Source: Chthonomonadaceae bacterium (GTDB taxonomy: Bacteria; Armatimonadota; Chthonomonadetes; Chthonomonadales; Chthonomonadaceae). Taken from it: a stretch of DNA of 48,986 bases. Below are positions 31,182 to 40,136 of this stretch, piece after piece (within the stretch, counting starts at the first letter, position 1; each line of letters starts with the position of its first letter). The notes beneath the pieces were generated by a model. The model saw nothing but the letters and a program-made list of their open reading frames with translations. It made no database searches and was not told the DNA's origin. The stretch lies in contig DASRGZ010000204.1 in assembly GCA_035650735.1 (NCBI GenBank), forward strand, positions 1 through 48,986, given 5' to 3'. Position numbers and translations under genes: made by a program.

Positions 31182-32246
31182 TTACTTGCGGCGGTTGGGA
31201 CCGATGGAACCGTCCTCCACCATCGCCAGCAGGGCCGAGTCCTCGGCTTGGAGCGGCAGGTCAATGCGCCCGCGCCGCCGGCTGGACTCGTACGTGGCGA
31301 AGATGACCTCCGTGGATTGAATGGCGTTGTCCACCGACAGCAGGGGCTTGTATCCAGGCTCGTCCAGGGCGCGAACCAGGTCGGCGCAGGCACGATCAAT
31401 GGCCTGGCTGCCGTGAATGCCTTCGGTAAGCTCCACGAAGCGCCAATCGGCATCGCCCTTGCCGCGCATCCGCACCCGGCTCTCCGGGGTCAACTCGATC
31501 ACGCCCTCGGTTCCGATCAGACGATGCTCCGCGCCCAGATTGGACTCATAGCCGGTGACCAGCAGGCCGCGCACGCCGTTTTGCCACTTAAAATGGCAGA
31601 CCGCCTGATTCTCGTGATAGGCCCCGAAAATCCGCTTCTCCTCCCGGCTGTCTATCTGCCCGATCACCCACTCGGCGGGCGTCTCGTCGTTGTAGAAGAA
31701 GAACATATCCAGCCAGTGGGTGCCCCAGTCGAACATATTCTCACACCGGCCCTCGATCAGCTTCAGCTCGCCGATAGCCCCCTCTTTAAGGAGCCGCCGA
31801 ATCTCCTGGAACGCCTGTAGGAAGCGCCGCTGGTGATCAAAAGTGAGAATCGTGGCGTTGGCGTCCGCGGCGGCCTTCATGCGCTTGGCCTCGCCCCAGG
31901 TGATCGCCATCGGCTTCTCGCAGTGGATGGCCCGCACGCCAGCCTCGCAGGCGGCAATGGTCATCTCGGCGTGCAGGTGGGGCCAGGTGGTCACGCTGAC
32001 GATGTCCGGCTTTTCTGCAGCCAGCATCTCATGGTAATCGTTATAGATTTTGGCATCGCTTTCGTACTTTTCGACGAAGAGGCGCGCATTGTCCTCGCGA
32101 ATCTCGGCGATGGCGACCAGGTCTACTCTGCCGGTCTCATGGAAGCCGTGATAATGGGCATGGGCCATGCCAAAGCCCGTGTGCCCCTCGGTTTTCCAGG
32201 GGCGGCCTGTGCCGATGATGGCATAACGGTAACGGTTGATGCTCAT
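31182..32246 (-). CDS. Gfo/Idh/MocA family oxidoreductase
   Basis: PDIVSVTT, HCEKPM, DWGTHWLD motifs. Confidence 0.92.
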   Translation of the reverse strand: MSINRYRYAIIGTGRPWKTEGHTGFGMAHAHYHGFHETGRVDLVAIAEIREDNARLFVEKYESDAKIYNDYHEMLAAEKPDIVSVTTWPHLHAEMTIAACEAGVRAIHCEKPMAITWGEAKRMKAAADANATILTFDHQRRFLQAFQEIRRLLKEGAIGELKLIEGRCENMFDWGTHWLDMFFFYNDETPAEWVIGQIDSREEKRIFGAYHENQAVCHFKWQNGVRGLLVTGYESNLGAEHRLIGTEGVIELTPESRVRMRGKGDADWRFVELTEGIHGSQAIDRACADLVRALDEPGYKPLLSVDNAIQSTEVIFATYESSRRRGRIDLPLQAEDSALLAMVEDGSIGPNRRK

Positions 32247-32326
32247 AAATTCCTTCCTGCGATGGAGAATAGCTGTCGGCGCAAAGCGCCGGAGGAAGAT
32301 TAGGGAACAGAGCGGTCAACTCCTCT

Positions 32327-33439
32327 TTAATCTGCCGGAACCATCCAGAGGGCGTCTCTGTAGACAAAACTTAGCTGCTTGCCATCCGGCAGCCAGTGGA
32401 TATGGACCGGCCACAGACGCGCCCATTGTTGGATTGGCACCCGGTTGTGCTCCTGCCAGGAACGGGTAACCGGCACACAGCCGACTTCGCGCATCTGCGT
32501 GCCATCCAGCCGGCTGATCCAGATCCCGAGAGCGGGGCCGGAGGAGGCGGAGTATTCAGGGCACACGCGATGCAGCCAGGCAGAGACTGGGGGAACGTAG
32601 CTCTCTTCCAGCAGCCAGACCACGCGATCCCCGTTGGGAGAGAACTCTAGCTCACAGAGCTTTCTCCCTGGCGGCAAGGCAATCGTAAACCGGCGGTGTG
32701 GGGCCCGATTATTGCCTAGACCGGCCTGCTGGATGGAAACTCGGAAGCGGCTCCCATTCAAGCGTCCTTCAGGAACGGAAGCCGTCAGAAGATGTTGGTG
32801 TGAGGTGAGGGTGATCAGGAAAGGAGCGCTCAGCCTGGGAGTGACCGGCACCCTCCGGAGCCGATGCGGGGAGGATACACTATGTACCAGCGCGTGACAG
32901 CAGGCAGCCCCCTGATCGCCCCAGAGGCACTCTACCCAGCGGCCACTGCGCCCCAGCCAGTGAAACGAGCTGGGGGCCGACAGGAAACCTCGGAAGGAAC
33001 GGGAGCCATCGAGCCTGGCCCCGCAGATGCGGTTCCGATGCGCGCTGGCCCAGATCAGCCACTGACCGTCTGGAGAGACCTTGATGGTCGCCGGGTCCCC
33101 TGCGGAGGCTTGCAGCAGGCGGCTCAATGCGGGGAGAGGCTTCTCCTGGCCTGTTGCCGGCACAAAGCAGAACAGCGGCTCTCTTCCCCGGGAATCTTTG
33201 CGGCAAAACAGGACCTTCTGGTTGGAAAGCCAGTAATAATCGCCGCTAACCACGTTCCAGCTTGCCACCGTGCCTACCCTGCTGGCCCGACTCGCTAACG
33301 ATTGCTGCTGCCACAGGCCCCCTAAGAGCAGCAAGACCAGCAGGCCGGCCAAAGCCAATCCCAGGATCCATCGGCTTCTGGGCCTTGCAAGCCGGTCACG
33401 TCTGGCTTCAAGCCCAGACTCTCTCCACTCCTTGTTCAT
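32327..33439 (-). CDS. Membrane-anchored hypothetical protein with TolB/PD40-like repeats
   Basis: N-terminal TM segment; VSPDGQWL, FSPNGDRV, WLPDGKQLSF motifs. Confidence 0.7.
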   Translation of the reverse strand: MNKEWRESGLEARRDRLARPRSRWILGLALAGLLVLLLLGGLWQQQSLASRASRVGTVASWNVVSGDYYWLSNQKVLFCRKDSRGREPLFCFVPATGQEKPLPALSRLLQASAGDPATIKVSPDGQWLIWASAHRNRICGARLDGSRSFRGFLSAPSSFHWLGRSGRWVECLWGDQGAACCHALVHSVSSPHRLRRVPVTPRLSAPFLITLTSHQHLLTASVPEGRLNGSRFRVSIQQAGLGNNRAPHRRFTIALPPGRKLCELEFSPNGDRVVWLLEESYVPPVSAWLHRVCPEYSASSGPALGIWISRLDGTQMREVGCVPVTRSWQEHNRVPIQQWARLWPVHIHWLPDGKQLSFVYRDALWMVPAD

Positions 33440-33577
33440 CGGAAGCGTATTTCTCCGTCTCGATTAGTGTCGCTACCACTCTTCTTCGACACAAACCGCC
33501 AGGTTCCTGCTTCCTGCCAGGAATTCCAGGGCTATTCTGAGAGTCGGTTGTCGCCTGATTTTCGACGGAGCGGAGGT

Positions 33578-34270
33578 TTAGCGAAGGAGGGCGTAAGCCA
33601 GCACGTTGACGTTGATGAATTCGGCCCGGTTGATCTCATCACCGCCGCAGCAGCAGCAGTTTTCGGCGTGGGCCGTGTCGTTGAGGCCGTCGGGGGAGAA
33701 GAGGAGGACGATCCGGCCCTTATGGATGAAGGCTTCCAGCGCAGCGCCGCTGGGCCGATGCCGCGTCGCCAGGCTCTCGATCTTATAGACCAGGCGGAAC
33801 AACGGATGATCCAGCTTCAGGGGCATCAGTTGCCGACCGGGGAACAGGCGCGCAAATTCGGCGCGGAACGAGCGCGCCCAATCGCGGTTGGAGCAGCCTG
33901 CCGAGGCCAGCAAAAAGCCGCCGTGCGTGAGGTAGTAGCGCAGTTGCAGACGCTCCTTCTCCGTCAGCCGAAAGCCGCCTTCGCCGGTCATCACGGCGAA
34001 GGGATAGTTACAGAGGTCGCGGCTGTCGAGGCGCACCTGGCGAAAGTGCGGCTCCGTCTGGATTTTGGTTTCCACCTTCAGCCGCATGAGAAAGCGGTCG
34101 CTGAAGCACTGAGAGGTTTTGTTGCCGGCGTAGATCAGATTGGCGCACTGCACCCGGTCGCCGCGCAAGCTAACGGGGGAACGGCCCTGCGGCACGGCAA
34201 ACGAGGTGGTCAGCGCCAGCAAACCGGCCAACGCCAGGGGAGTTTTCCAGCGATCAATGCGAATTTGCAT
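33578..34270 (-). CDS. DUF4159 domain secreted protein
   Basis: YPFAVMTGEG.F.L...E...LR.YL..GGFLL and L..DHPLF motifs; C-terminal CCCCGG. Confidence 0.85.
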   Translation of the reverse strand: MQIRIDRWKTPLALAGLLALTTSFAVPQGRSPVSLRGDRVQCANLIYAGNKTSQCFSDRFLMRLKVETKIQTEPHFRQVRLDSRDLCNYPFAVMTGEGGFRLTEKERLQLRYYLTHGGFLLASAGCSNRDWARSFRAEFARLFPGRQLMPLKLDHPLFRLVYKIESLATRHRPSGAALEAFIHKGRIVLLFSPDGLNDTAHAENCCCCGGDEINRAEFINVNVLAYALLR

Positions 34271-34288
34271 GCGTATTCCCTCGGATAG

Positions 34289-34397
34289 CGGGCGAATGAA
34301 TTCGCAGCAACAAAAGCACGAAGTCGCCCTGCGGCGACTAAACCCAAACCTGCGCAGGCAGGTTTTGTGCCGTTGTTGCTGCGGCTTCAGCCGCCCG
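34289..34397. repeat. Family B multi-hairpin interspersed repeat, copy 2
   Basis: Highly similar to 16119-16229. Confidence 0.9.
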
Positions 34398-34423
34398 AAA
34401 GAAAACGGTTGGCAGAAGCGCCC

Positions 34424-35638
34424 TCATCCTTCTTCCTTCGCCTCCGGAGGGGGAACGCGGTTGGTGAGAAAGACCCGGTCGGCCTGCGGCGTCAGGCACA
34501 GCAGCAGGTCGTCCCCCTCGCGCTCAACGCCCGTCAGCGGCAGCCAGTTCTCTTTGCCATCGCCACTAAACAACTCCGGTATTCGCCCGGCCTCTGCGGG
34601 CCAGCGCACCCGCAGCGTCACCGGTACGCCGTTGGCCCAGTACAGGCCGACGCGCCAGTAAGGAAAGTCTTCCGGGTCGCTTGCTTCCGGGGGAGGGAGC
34701 GCGCAGGAGCCCACCGCGCGCACAGGCCGCCCGTTGACCTCGCGGATCGTCTCCATGCGCAGGTCCGCCGCGCCGGCTCCGGCAAAGTCGGCCTCCAGAG
34801 CAACGGGCGGGTGCGCCCATCCATAAGGACATTGCGTCTCGCCCACGCGCACCGCCCACGCCGAATCGCCCCAGGAGTAGTGCCAGAACTCATCCCGACA
34901 GTTGGAGAAGCCCGCGCCGAGCATGGCCTCGACCATCAGCATCCGGTTTGCTTTGGCCTCCGGCCCGATTTTGTCCGACCAGGTATAAGCCGCCTCCCAG
35001 CCCTCGGTCGGCGCGGTCATATCCAGGGGGTTGCCGTCCGGGCCGAGCAGGCCGACATCCACGGCGCCGCCGGTGCAGTGACCGGGCGGGGCCTTCTGAT
35101 CGTAGGGAGCGAAGTATTTGTTGGTGGCCCGGCGCAGCGCAGACAGCGGCCAGTTCGGGTGCTGCTCCTGCATGCGCTTGAAATAGCCGTCCCAGCCGCC
35201 TTTCTGCATGGACAGCGTGCGCAGCGCCGTGCCGACTTTGAGCTTGTAACCGGAGGGCAGCGACGCCTGCGCCCGGTTGAGCATATCCGCGACGGTGCGG
35301 CGCAGGTAGGGGCAGAGGCCCTCCGCGCAGGCGACATCCAGGCAGTAGCGCCGGATGTCCACCAACGGCTCCCGCTCCTCCCAGGGATGGGCGTACTCCA
35401 GGATTTTGACGCGATTGAGCGCGGCAATCGGTTCGGGAGCGCCTTGCAGGGGCACTTTGCTCAGGCGCGGCGACGCGGCAGGAGAGGCGGCAGGCCGTTC
35501 GGCGGACCAGTCGGCAGGCCGTTCGGCGAGCCGTTGGCCGTCCGCAATCGGCAGGCGATTGTGGGTGCGGCCTGTTTTCCCGCCTGCCGCTTGCCGATTG
35601 CCGACTGCCGGGGGATTGCTGGGGTCGGCGGACGGCAC
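34424..35638 (-). CDS. M15 (VanX-like) D-Ala-D-Ala dipeptidase with C-terminal extension
   Basis: YLR..VA..L..AQ..LP.GY.L, PPGHCTGGAVDV and EFWHYSWGD motifs. Start uncertain; N-terminus is repeat-derived. Confidence 0.85.
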   Translation of the reverse strand: MPSADPSNPPAVGNRQAAGGKTGRTHNRLPIADGQRLAERPADWSAERPAASPAASPRLSKVPLQGAPEPIAALNRVKILEYAHPWEEREPLVDIRRYCLDVACAEGLCPYLRRTVADMLNRAQASLPSGYKLKVGTALRTLSMQKGGWDGYFKRMQEQHPNWPLSALRRATNKYFAPYDQKAPPGHCTGGAVDVGLLGPDGNPLDMTAPTEGWEAAYTWSDKIGPEAKANRMLMVEAMLGAGFSNCRDEFWHYSWGDSAWAVRVGETQCPYGWAHPPVALEADFAGAGAADLRMETIREVNGRPVRAVGSCALPPPEASDPEDFPYWRVGLYWANGVPVTLRVRWPAEAGRIPELFSGDGKENWLPLTGVEREGDDLLLCLTPQADRVFLTNRVPPPEAKEEG

Positions 35639-35640
35639 GG

Positions 35641-35979
35641 CTATTCCTCCCGCCCCTCGTCGTCCTCGTCCAGGTCGTCCATGGCGCCGGAGCAGTCGGT
35701 ATAGCGGCTGATCTCCTCGCCCCGGAAGACGTGGGCCACGAAATCTTCTCGCTCAAACCGGGGCAAATACGAGGAGACGATGTCGTCGTCGATCTGGGTC
35801 AGGAGGTCTTCTTCCTCCCGAATGGAGAGGTCCGCCTCAAAGATGACGGTTGCGTGGATGGTGTCGTGGGCGAAGTGGATGTCCACCTGCCCGACGCGCT
35901 TCTCCCCGTCCCAAACCAGGTAGATTTCCGATGACTGCGTGCGCACAAGGCGAGTGAGTTTGAAGCGTGTTGGTTCCAC
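35641..35979 (-). CDS. Acidic hypothetical protein (112 aa)
   Basis: GTG start at 35979 after GGGGAGG RBS; lies between fapA-like and peptidase genes. Confidence 0.75.
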   Translation of the reverse strand: MEPTRFKLTRLVRTQSSEIYLVWDGEKRVGQVDIHFAHDTIHATVIFEADLSIREEEDLLTQIDDDIVSSYLPRFEREDFVAHVFRGEEISRYTDCSGAMDDLDEDDEGREE

Positions 35980-36040
35980 GATAACCTCCCCTCTCGCCAG
36001 ACGCGCCTGCTGCAAGGGCCGGATGGGCCGGAGGCGCCGC

Positions 36041-37408
36041 TCAGGCAGCCTGTTGCAGCGGTTCGGCCTGTACCGACTTGCCGCCGCTGGCTTCCACGAA
36101 GCGCACGCCCTCCATCGGCACCTCGACCTGTATCGCGGCGGTATGTATCCCGATCCAGACGCCGGGATGGACGGTGCGCGCAACCGTGACAGTGCCGGCA
36201 ACCTTTTCTTTGGCCCCGATCGACAGCGAGCGCCGCTCGTTATGCAGGTCTTTGAGGCGCGCTTCCTGGCTGCGCTTCTGCTCCTGCAGCTTCTGGAGGA
36301 GCTGGCGCATCTCCTCGGTGAGCGTGTCATGGATCGCCAGAGTGGCGAAAGGCTTGAGCGCCTGGCTTATGCGAGCTATATTCGCTTCACACTGGATTAA
36401 CTCCTCCTGAATCTCGCCGCTGCGTATATCCAGCAGGTAATCCACGCCGACGCGCACCTCGGTATCGGTAAAATCGGGCGCGCCCAGGGTAACCGCCTCC
36501 ACCCCCTCGGTTGCATAGAGCTTGCCGCCGAGCAACGAGGCCGATTCCAGGGCGGCTATCTTTTTGCGCGTGTTGACCTGGCAGTTTTTGAGCCCCTGCA
36601 TGACATAGACATTGCCGGAGACAATGAAGGTGCAGTTTTCTGCATAGCGGACAAAGACATCGCCGAAGGCCCGGATCTGGCAGCCGACGGCGTTCCCTTT
36701 GGCCGCCAGTACCCCCCCTACTTTCAGTTGGGCCTGGCGCAGATTGCCGTGGAAGACGGCGCCGTTCAGGAAGACATGCGGGCCGCCGGTCACATCCTCA
36801 TGGATCAGGCGCAGCGCATGGACGACGAGCTGGTCGCTCTGCAGGCAGGCATAGCCGTCAGCGGCGGCGTAGAAGCGCAGTCCATCGGCGGTGGTGCGCA
36901 CGTTGAGCCCGGCGCTCAGCGTGGAGGGTTTGCCCGGCTTGGGCGAGATGGTTTGAACCGGCCAGGTCAGCGTCTTTCCGGGCGTGCCGGGTTGGGCCGG
37001 GATGATGATGGCCAGCTCCTCGTCGGCCTTGACCATTTTGGCCGATTCGAGGGCAAGCCAATCGGGCAGTCCGCTGCCGTCCGTGCGCCGGGGCAGGGGA
37101 CGAGCGAGAACGTCCTGCGGCAGACGATAGACGACGCGGGCATCGTCGCCATCGCGGGGAAGGATACCCTGGGCGACGATGACATTGGCGACCGGCATCC
37201 GCGCATTGGCGGCATGGTGAACGGCGTCCAGGATGGCCTTATCGCGAATGCCATAGGTGACGCCCATCTGCTTGAGGCGTTCCAGAATCTCCCCCGCCGT
37301 CACGGCCTGGCCATCCTCAGCGGGTGGATAGATGGTTGCCAGCACCTGGGTGCGATCCTCGTTGAACTTGAGTTCCAGAGAGCCGTTTTTGCGAAAGCCT
37401 GCTGCCAT
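36041..37408 (-). CDS. FapA / DUF342 flagellar assembly protein A family
   Basis: I.PPAEDG......EI...L...GVTYGI, VAQG..P.DGDDA, GG...A..GV....LG, coiled coil, VHPGV motifs. Confidence 0.85.
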   Translation of the reverse strand: MAAGFRKNGSLELKFNEDRTQVLATIYPPAEDGQAVTAGEILERLKQMGVTYGIRDKAILDAVHHAANARMPVANVIVAQGILPRDGDDARVVYRLPQDVLARPLPRRTDGSGLPDWLALESAKMVKADEELAIIIPAQPGTPGKTLTWPVQTISPKPGKPSTLSAGLNVRTTADGLRFYAAADGYACLQSDQLVVHALRLIHEDVTGGPHVFLNGAVFHGNLRQAQLKVGGVLAAKGNAVGCQIRAFGDVFVRYAENCTFIVSGNVYVMQGLKNCQVNTRKKIAALESASLLGGKLYATEGVEAVTLGAPDFTDTEVRVGVDYLLDIRSGEIQEELIQCEANIARISQALKPFATLAIHDTLTEEMRQLLQKLQEQKRSQEARLKDLHNERRSLSIGAKEKVAGTVTVARTVHPGVWIGIHTAAIQVEVPMEGVRFVEASGGKSVQAEPLQQAA

Positions 37409-37555
37409 GATTTGCTGCCTTTCTGCGCCGACCCGTGCGCCGCCGTAGAGGCCCACGGCCAGGACAGAGGCCGCGGCAGGAGTCCTCACAGCGCTCCTGC
37501 GCAGTCCGCGTCCTGGATAGCGGGTGGAACAACTGCGGGTCGTTCTCGTTTGCCA

Positions 37556-37583
37556 TTTTCGGGCGCAAAGACAGGAAACTTTA
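37556..37583 (-). promoter_or_regulatory. Putative sigma28 (FliA) promoter
   Basis: Minus strand TAAA-16 nt-CCCGAAAA upstream of the FapA gene. Confidence 0.5.
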
Positions 37584-37635
37584 GCCGGTCGCTATTCCGG
37601 CTGTTTGCCTTGCTAGCTCAGGTTTCTATTTCCTC

Positions 37636-37719
37636 AACACGGATGAAACGGATAAAGGGAAACCGGACTTGCTTATCCGTGTTATCCGTGTCATCCGTCT
37701 CATCCGTCTCATCCGTGTT
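37636..37719. repeat. Inverted element of tandem 9-mers (ACGGATGA / TCATCCGT)
   Basis: aacacggatgaaacggata...tatccgtgttatccgtgtcatccgtctcatccgtctcatccgtgtt. Confidence 0.8.
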
Positions 37720-37721
37720 CC

Positions 37722-39140
37722 TCATAGGGCCGTTTGTACGACGACCTTCTGTGAGGCGACGACCTTGCCCTTGCTATTGAGCACTTCCAGCGAGATCGTG
37801 TGCTTGCCGGGACGCACGCTGCTCGCATCCCAGATGCAGTCCCACATATCGGGGCTGTAGGCTTTATAGATGCGGTAGCCGTCCACTTTGTAGATCACCG
37901 TGAGGAGGTCGGAGGGGCTGCGCGCCCAACAGGAAAGGACGACGCGCCCCCGCAGCAGCTCGCCTTTGCGCAGGGGCATCGGCATGGGCGGCGGGGGCGG
38001 CTGTGGGCCGTCCGGCACGGGCGCGGAGAGGTAGTAGGGCGAGGAGACGACGTAGCGGTACGTCGCCAGAACAACCGGGTCATCGGTAACGCTGTAGTCG
38101 TTATAAGGCCGGCGCGGTACGAAGTGGATGTTGTTGCTATCGAAGTAGTTGATGCACTTGACGCGCGGGAAGAGGCGGGGCAGCGCCTGATAGAGCGTGG
38201 CGATCTTGCGGCGGGCGAAGTCGGGGCGGGGGCGGCCCTCCACCGCGGCGAAGTGCGAGGCCGCAAACTCGCAGATCATGATCGGCTTGCGGGCGGCGTA
38301 GCGGTTGTAGACGTAGGCCAGCAGGTCGCAGGGATGCTCGTGCTCGCAGTAGTCGCTTTTCTGGTTGTTGTGATAGGTGACGTTGTAGAGGTTGACGCCG
38401 ACCCAATCGGTGGCGTCGTCGCCGGGATAGTAGTCGGGGATGTTGCGGGTCGGCGACATATAGGGGCACCAGACCAGCGCGACGTTGGGGGCGCGGCGGT
38501 GCATGACCTGGTAGACCAGGCGGAACTTCTTGCGGTAGAGCGGCGGATCGCTATGGTAGTTGGTCCAGTCGCCGTTCATCTCCGAGCCAAAGCGCAGGAA
38601 GATGCGGGCGCCGGAGCGGGCCATATCGTCGGCCAGTTTGCGCAGATAGGCGTCGTCTTTGACCTTATTCAGCCCGCTATCCGGCTGAAGGGCGATATGG
38701 ACAAACTTATGGTGCGCGCCGAGGTAGCGAACCCAGTCCACGGGGAGCGGACGGCCATAGCCCATGTAGAAAAAGTACATCGCGTGCGCTTTGCCCACTG
38801 TCGTTTCAAAGTCGGAGGGATCTTGATGCGCCGTGCGATTCTGATCCCGATAGGGCTGGTGGAGCGTGGCGTCAAAGTCAATGTAGGCGCCCAGGTAACA
38901 GCCCACCGGAGGCTCAAAGCGGGCGTGCGTATTGCGGCGGGCCACTTCGGCGGCGGTCGGCTGCCGGGTAAGGAAGAGTCGGGCCTGGGGCACGGCGGCA
39001 GAGCTGATCCGGCAAACGCCCAACAGGGCCAGCAGCAAAGCCATCAGGAGAGCCAATTGGAGTGCGGGCTTTCGAGAGAGCCGTCTCTTTTCAGGGCGCA
39101 GGGGAACGAAAGAACACACGCGAACGATTTTCCTCCTCAA
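37722..39140 (-). CDS. GH26-like glycoside hydrolase with C-terminal Ig-like domain
   Basis: FLRFGSEMNGDW, ALVWCP, YYPGDDATDWVGVNLY, KPIMICEF motifs. Start uncertain; TTG overlaps the upstream TGA. Confidence 0.85.
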   Translation of the reverse strand: MRRKIVRVCSFVPLRPEKRRLSRKPALQLALLMALLLALLGVCRISSAAVPQARLFLTRQPTAAEVARRNTHARFEPPVGCYLGAYIDFDATLHQPYRDQNRTAHQDPSDFETTVGKAHAMYFFYMGYGRPLPVDWVRYLGAHHKFVHIALQPDSGLNKVKDDAYLRKLADDMARSGARIFLRFGSEMNGDWTNYHSDPPLYRKKFRLVYQVMHRRAPNVALVWCPYMSPTRNIPDYYPGDDATDWVGVNLYNVTYHNNQKSDYCEHEHPCDLLAYVYNRYAARKPIMICEFAASHFAAVEGRPRPDFARRKIATLYQALPRLFPRVKCINYFDSNNIHFVPRRPYNDYSVTDDPVVLATYRYVVSSPYYLSAPVPDGPQPPPPPMPMPLRKGELLRGRVVLSCWARSPSDLLTVIYKVDGYRIYKAYSPDMWDCIWDASSVRPGKHTISLEVLNSKGKVVASQKVVVQTAL

Positions 39141-39421
39141 TCCTCCAGTATCTCGACTTCGATGCGTCCTCCGGCAGCGGCGGGCTGGGGCTTGCGGGCG
39201 AGGGCGAGCGTGGCGGGCGCGTTGGGCAGATAGGTGCGCAGGGCCAGGGCGTCCCGGTAGAGATTGTAGTGGCAGAGAGCGCGCACGCCCAGCAGCTCCG
39301 CCACCGCGACGGAGTCAGCTTTGCTTTTGGGGTTAGCTTTGCCGTCCAGGCAGCGGCGCTCCGCGCGGCTGTAGCGCGGGCACTGCCAGCAGGCCATTCC
39401 ACCAGACGCTTTCCTTGACAT
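39137..39421 (-). CDS. Small Cys/His-rich hypothetical protein (possible Zn-binding)
   Basis: ATG at 39421 after GGAGGAG RBS; CWQC..RC...CH. Confidence 0.75.
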   Translation of the reverse strand: MSRKASGGMACWQCPRYSRAERRCLDGKANPKSKADSVAVAELLGVRALCHYNLYRDALALRTYLPNAPATLALARKPQPAAAGGRIEVEILED

Positions 39422-39442
39422 CCGTGCTCCTCCCGTATTATT

Positions 39443-39471
39443 ATCATAGCATCTATCCCTGGTGCCGTCAA
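39443..39471 (-). promoter_or_regulatory. sigma70 promoter (partly duplicated upstream)
   Basis: Minus strand TTGACG-17 nt-TATGAT with extended TG. Confidence 0.75.
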
Positions 39472-39540
39472 TGTCATCCCCGCCAGCGAGGGCTTCCTCG
39501 TCGCCCCGCCCATAGCATCTATCCCTGGTGCCGTCAATGT
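39445..39540. repeat. Repeat-spacer-repeat unit: 30-bp exact repeat, 36-bp insert
   Basis: catagcatctatccctggtgccgtcaatgt at 39445-39474 and 39511-39540. Confidence 0.92.
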
Positions 39541-39579
39541 GCCTGAGCGGCAGGCTCTTGCTTTTGCTCAGAGCGGATT

Positions 39580-39678
39580 CCTCAACGCCGCGAGGAGAGG
39601 AATACGTGCCTGTAAGGCCCAGTCCTCGCAAAGAGGAAACGGAGTTCTGCCTCAACGCCGCGAGGAATACGGGCCTGT
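39580..39678. repeat. Repeat-spacer-repeat unit: 29-bp degenerate repeat, 36-bp insert
   Basis: cctcaacgccgcgagga[gagga]atacgtgcctgt at 39580-39613 versus cctcaacgccgcgaggaatacgggcctgt at 39650-39678. Confidence 0.85.
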
Positions 39679-39716
39679 GTGCTAGACAGAATCCCCTGCA
39701 AGAAAGGTGAGAACGG

Positions 39717-40136
39717 ATGCTGCGTCACACCTACACTCGGCTGCTGGTTTCTGATTTCCCCACCTCCTTCCGTTTCTATCGCGATATACTTTGGGCTTCA
39801 CGTCCACCTTTGGGGACGAGAACGATGTGTACGCGGATTTCGAGACAGGAGGCGCAACCCTGGCCCTCTTTCGTCGGGATTGCATGGCTGCAGCGGTCGG
39901 CACGGCAGACAAGCCTGCGGAGGCCGACTGTCAGGACAAGATCGCCCTCATCTTCGAGGTCGAGAATCGAGGTCGAGAATGTAGATGCCGCCTACGCGCA
40001 GCTCCAGGCCAAAGGGGTTCGTTTTGTGACCGCACCGCAAGACCACGCCGAATGGGGAATACGCACCGCCCATTTTCGTGACCCTGACGGCAATCTGCTG
40101 GAAATCTACTCCCCGCTGCCTGTTAGGGGCTCTTAG
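39717..40136 (+). pseudogene. VOC/glyoxalase family gene with two compensating frameshifts
   Basis: N-terminus (RFYRDIL) and C-terminus (WGIRTAHFRDPDGNLLEI) share a frame. The middle (GF...YADFETGGATLALF...IALIFEVEN) is in the +2 frame from about 39790 to a 13-bp tandem duplication at 39954-39979. Confidence 0.85.

Noticed and set aside
35488..35530. cggcaggccgttcggcg repeat as another repeat-spacer-repeat unit
   Set aside because: The period is only 24 bp and in frame; it is a low-complexity coding duplication.
39422..39655. N-terminal extension of the ORF with repeated IDGTRDRCY peptide
   Set aside because: The peptide repeat is just the translated duplicated promoter; the RBS supports the start at 39421.
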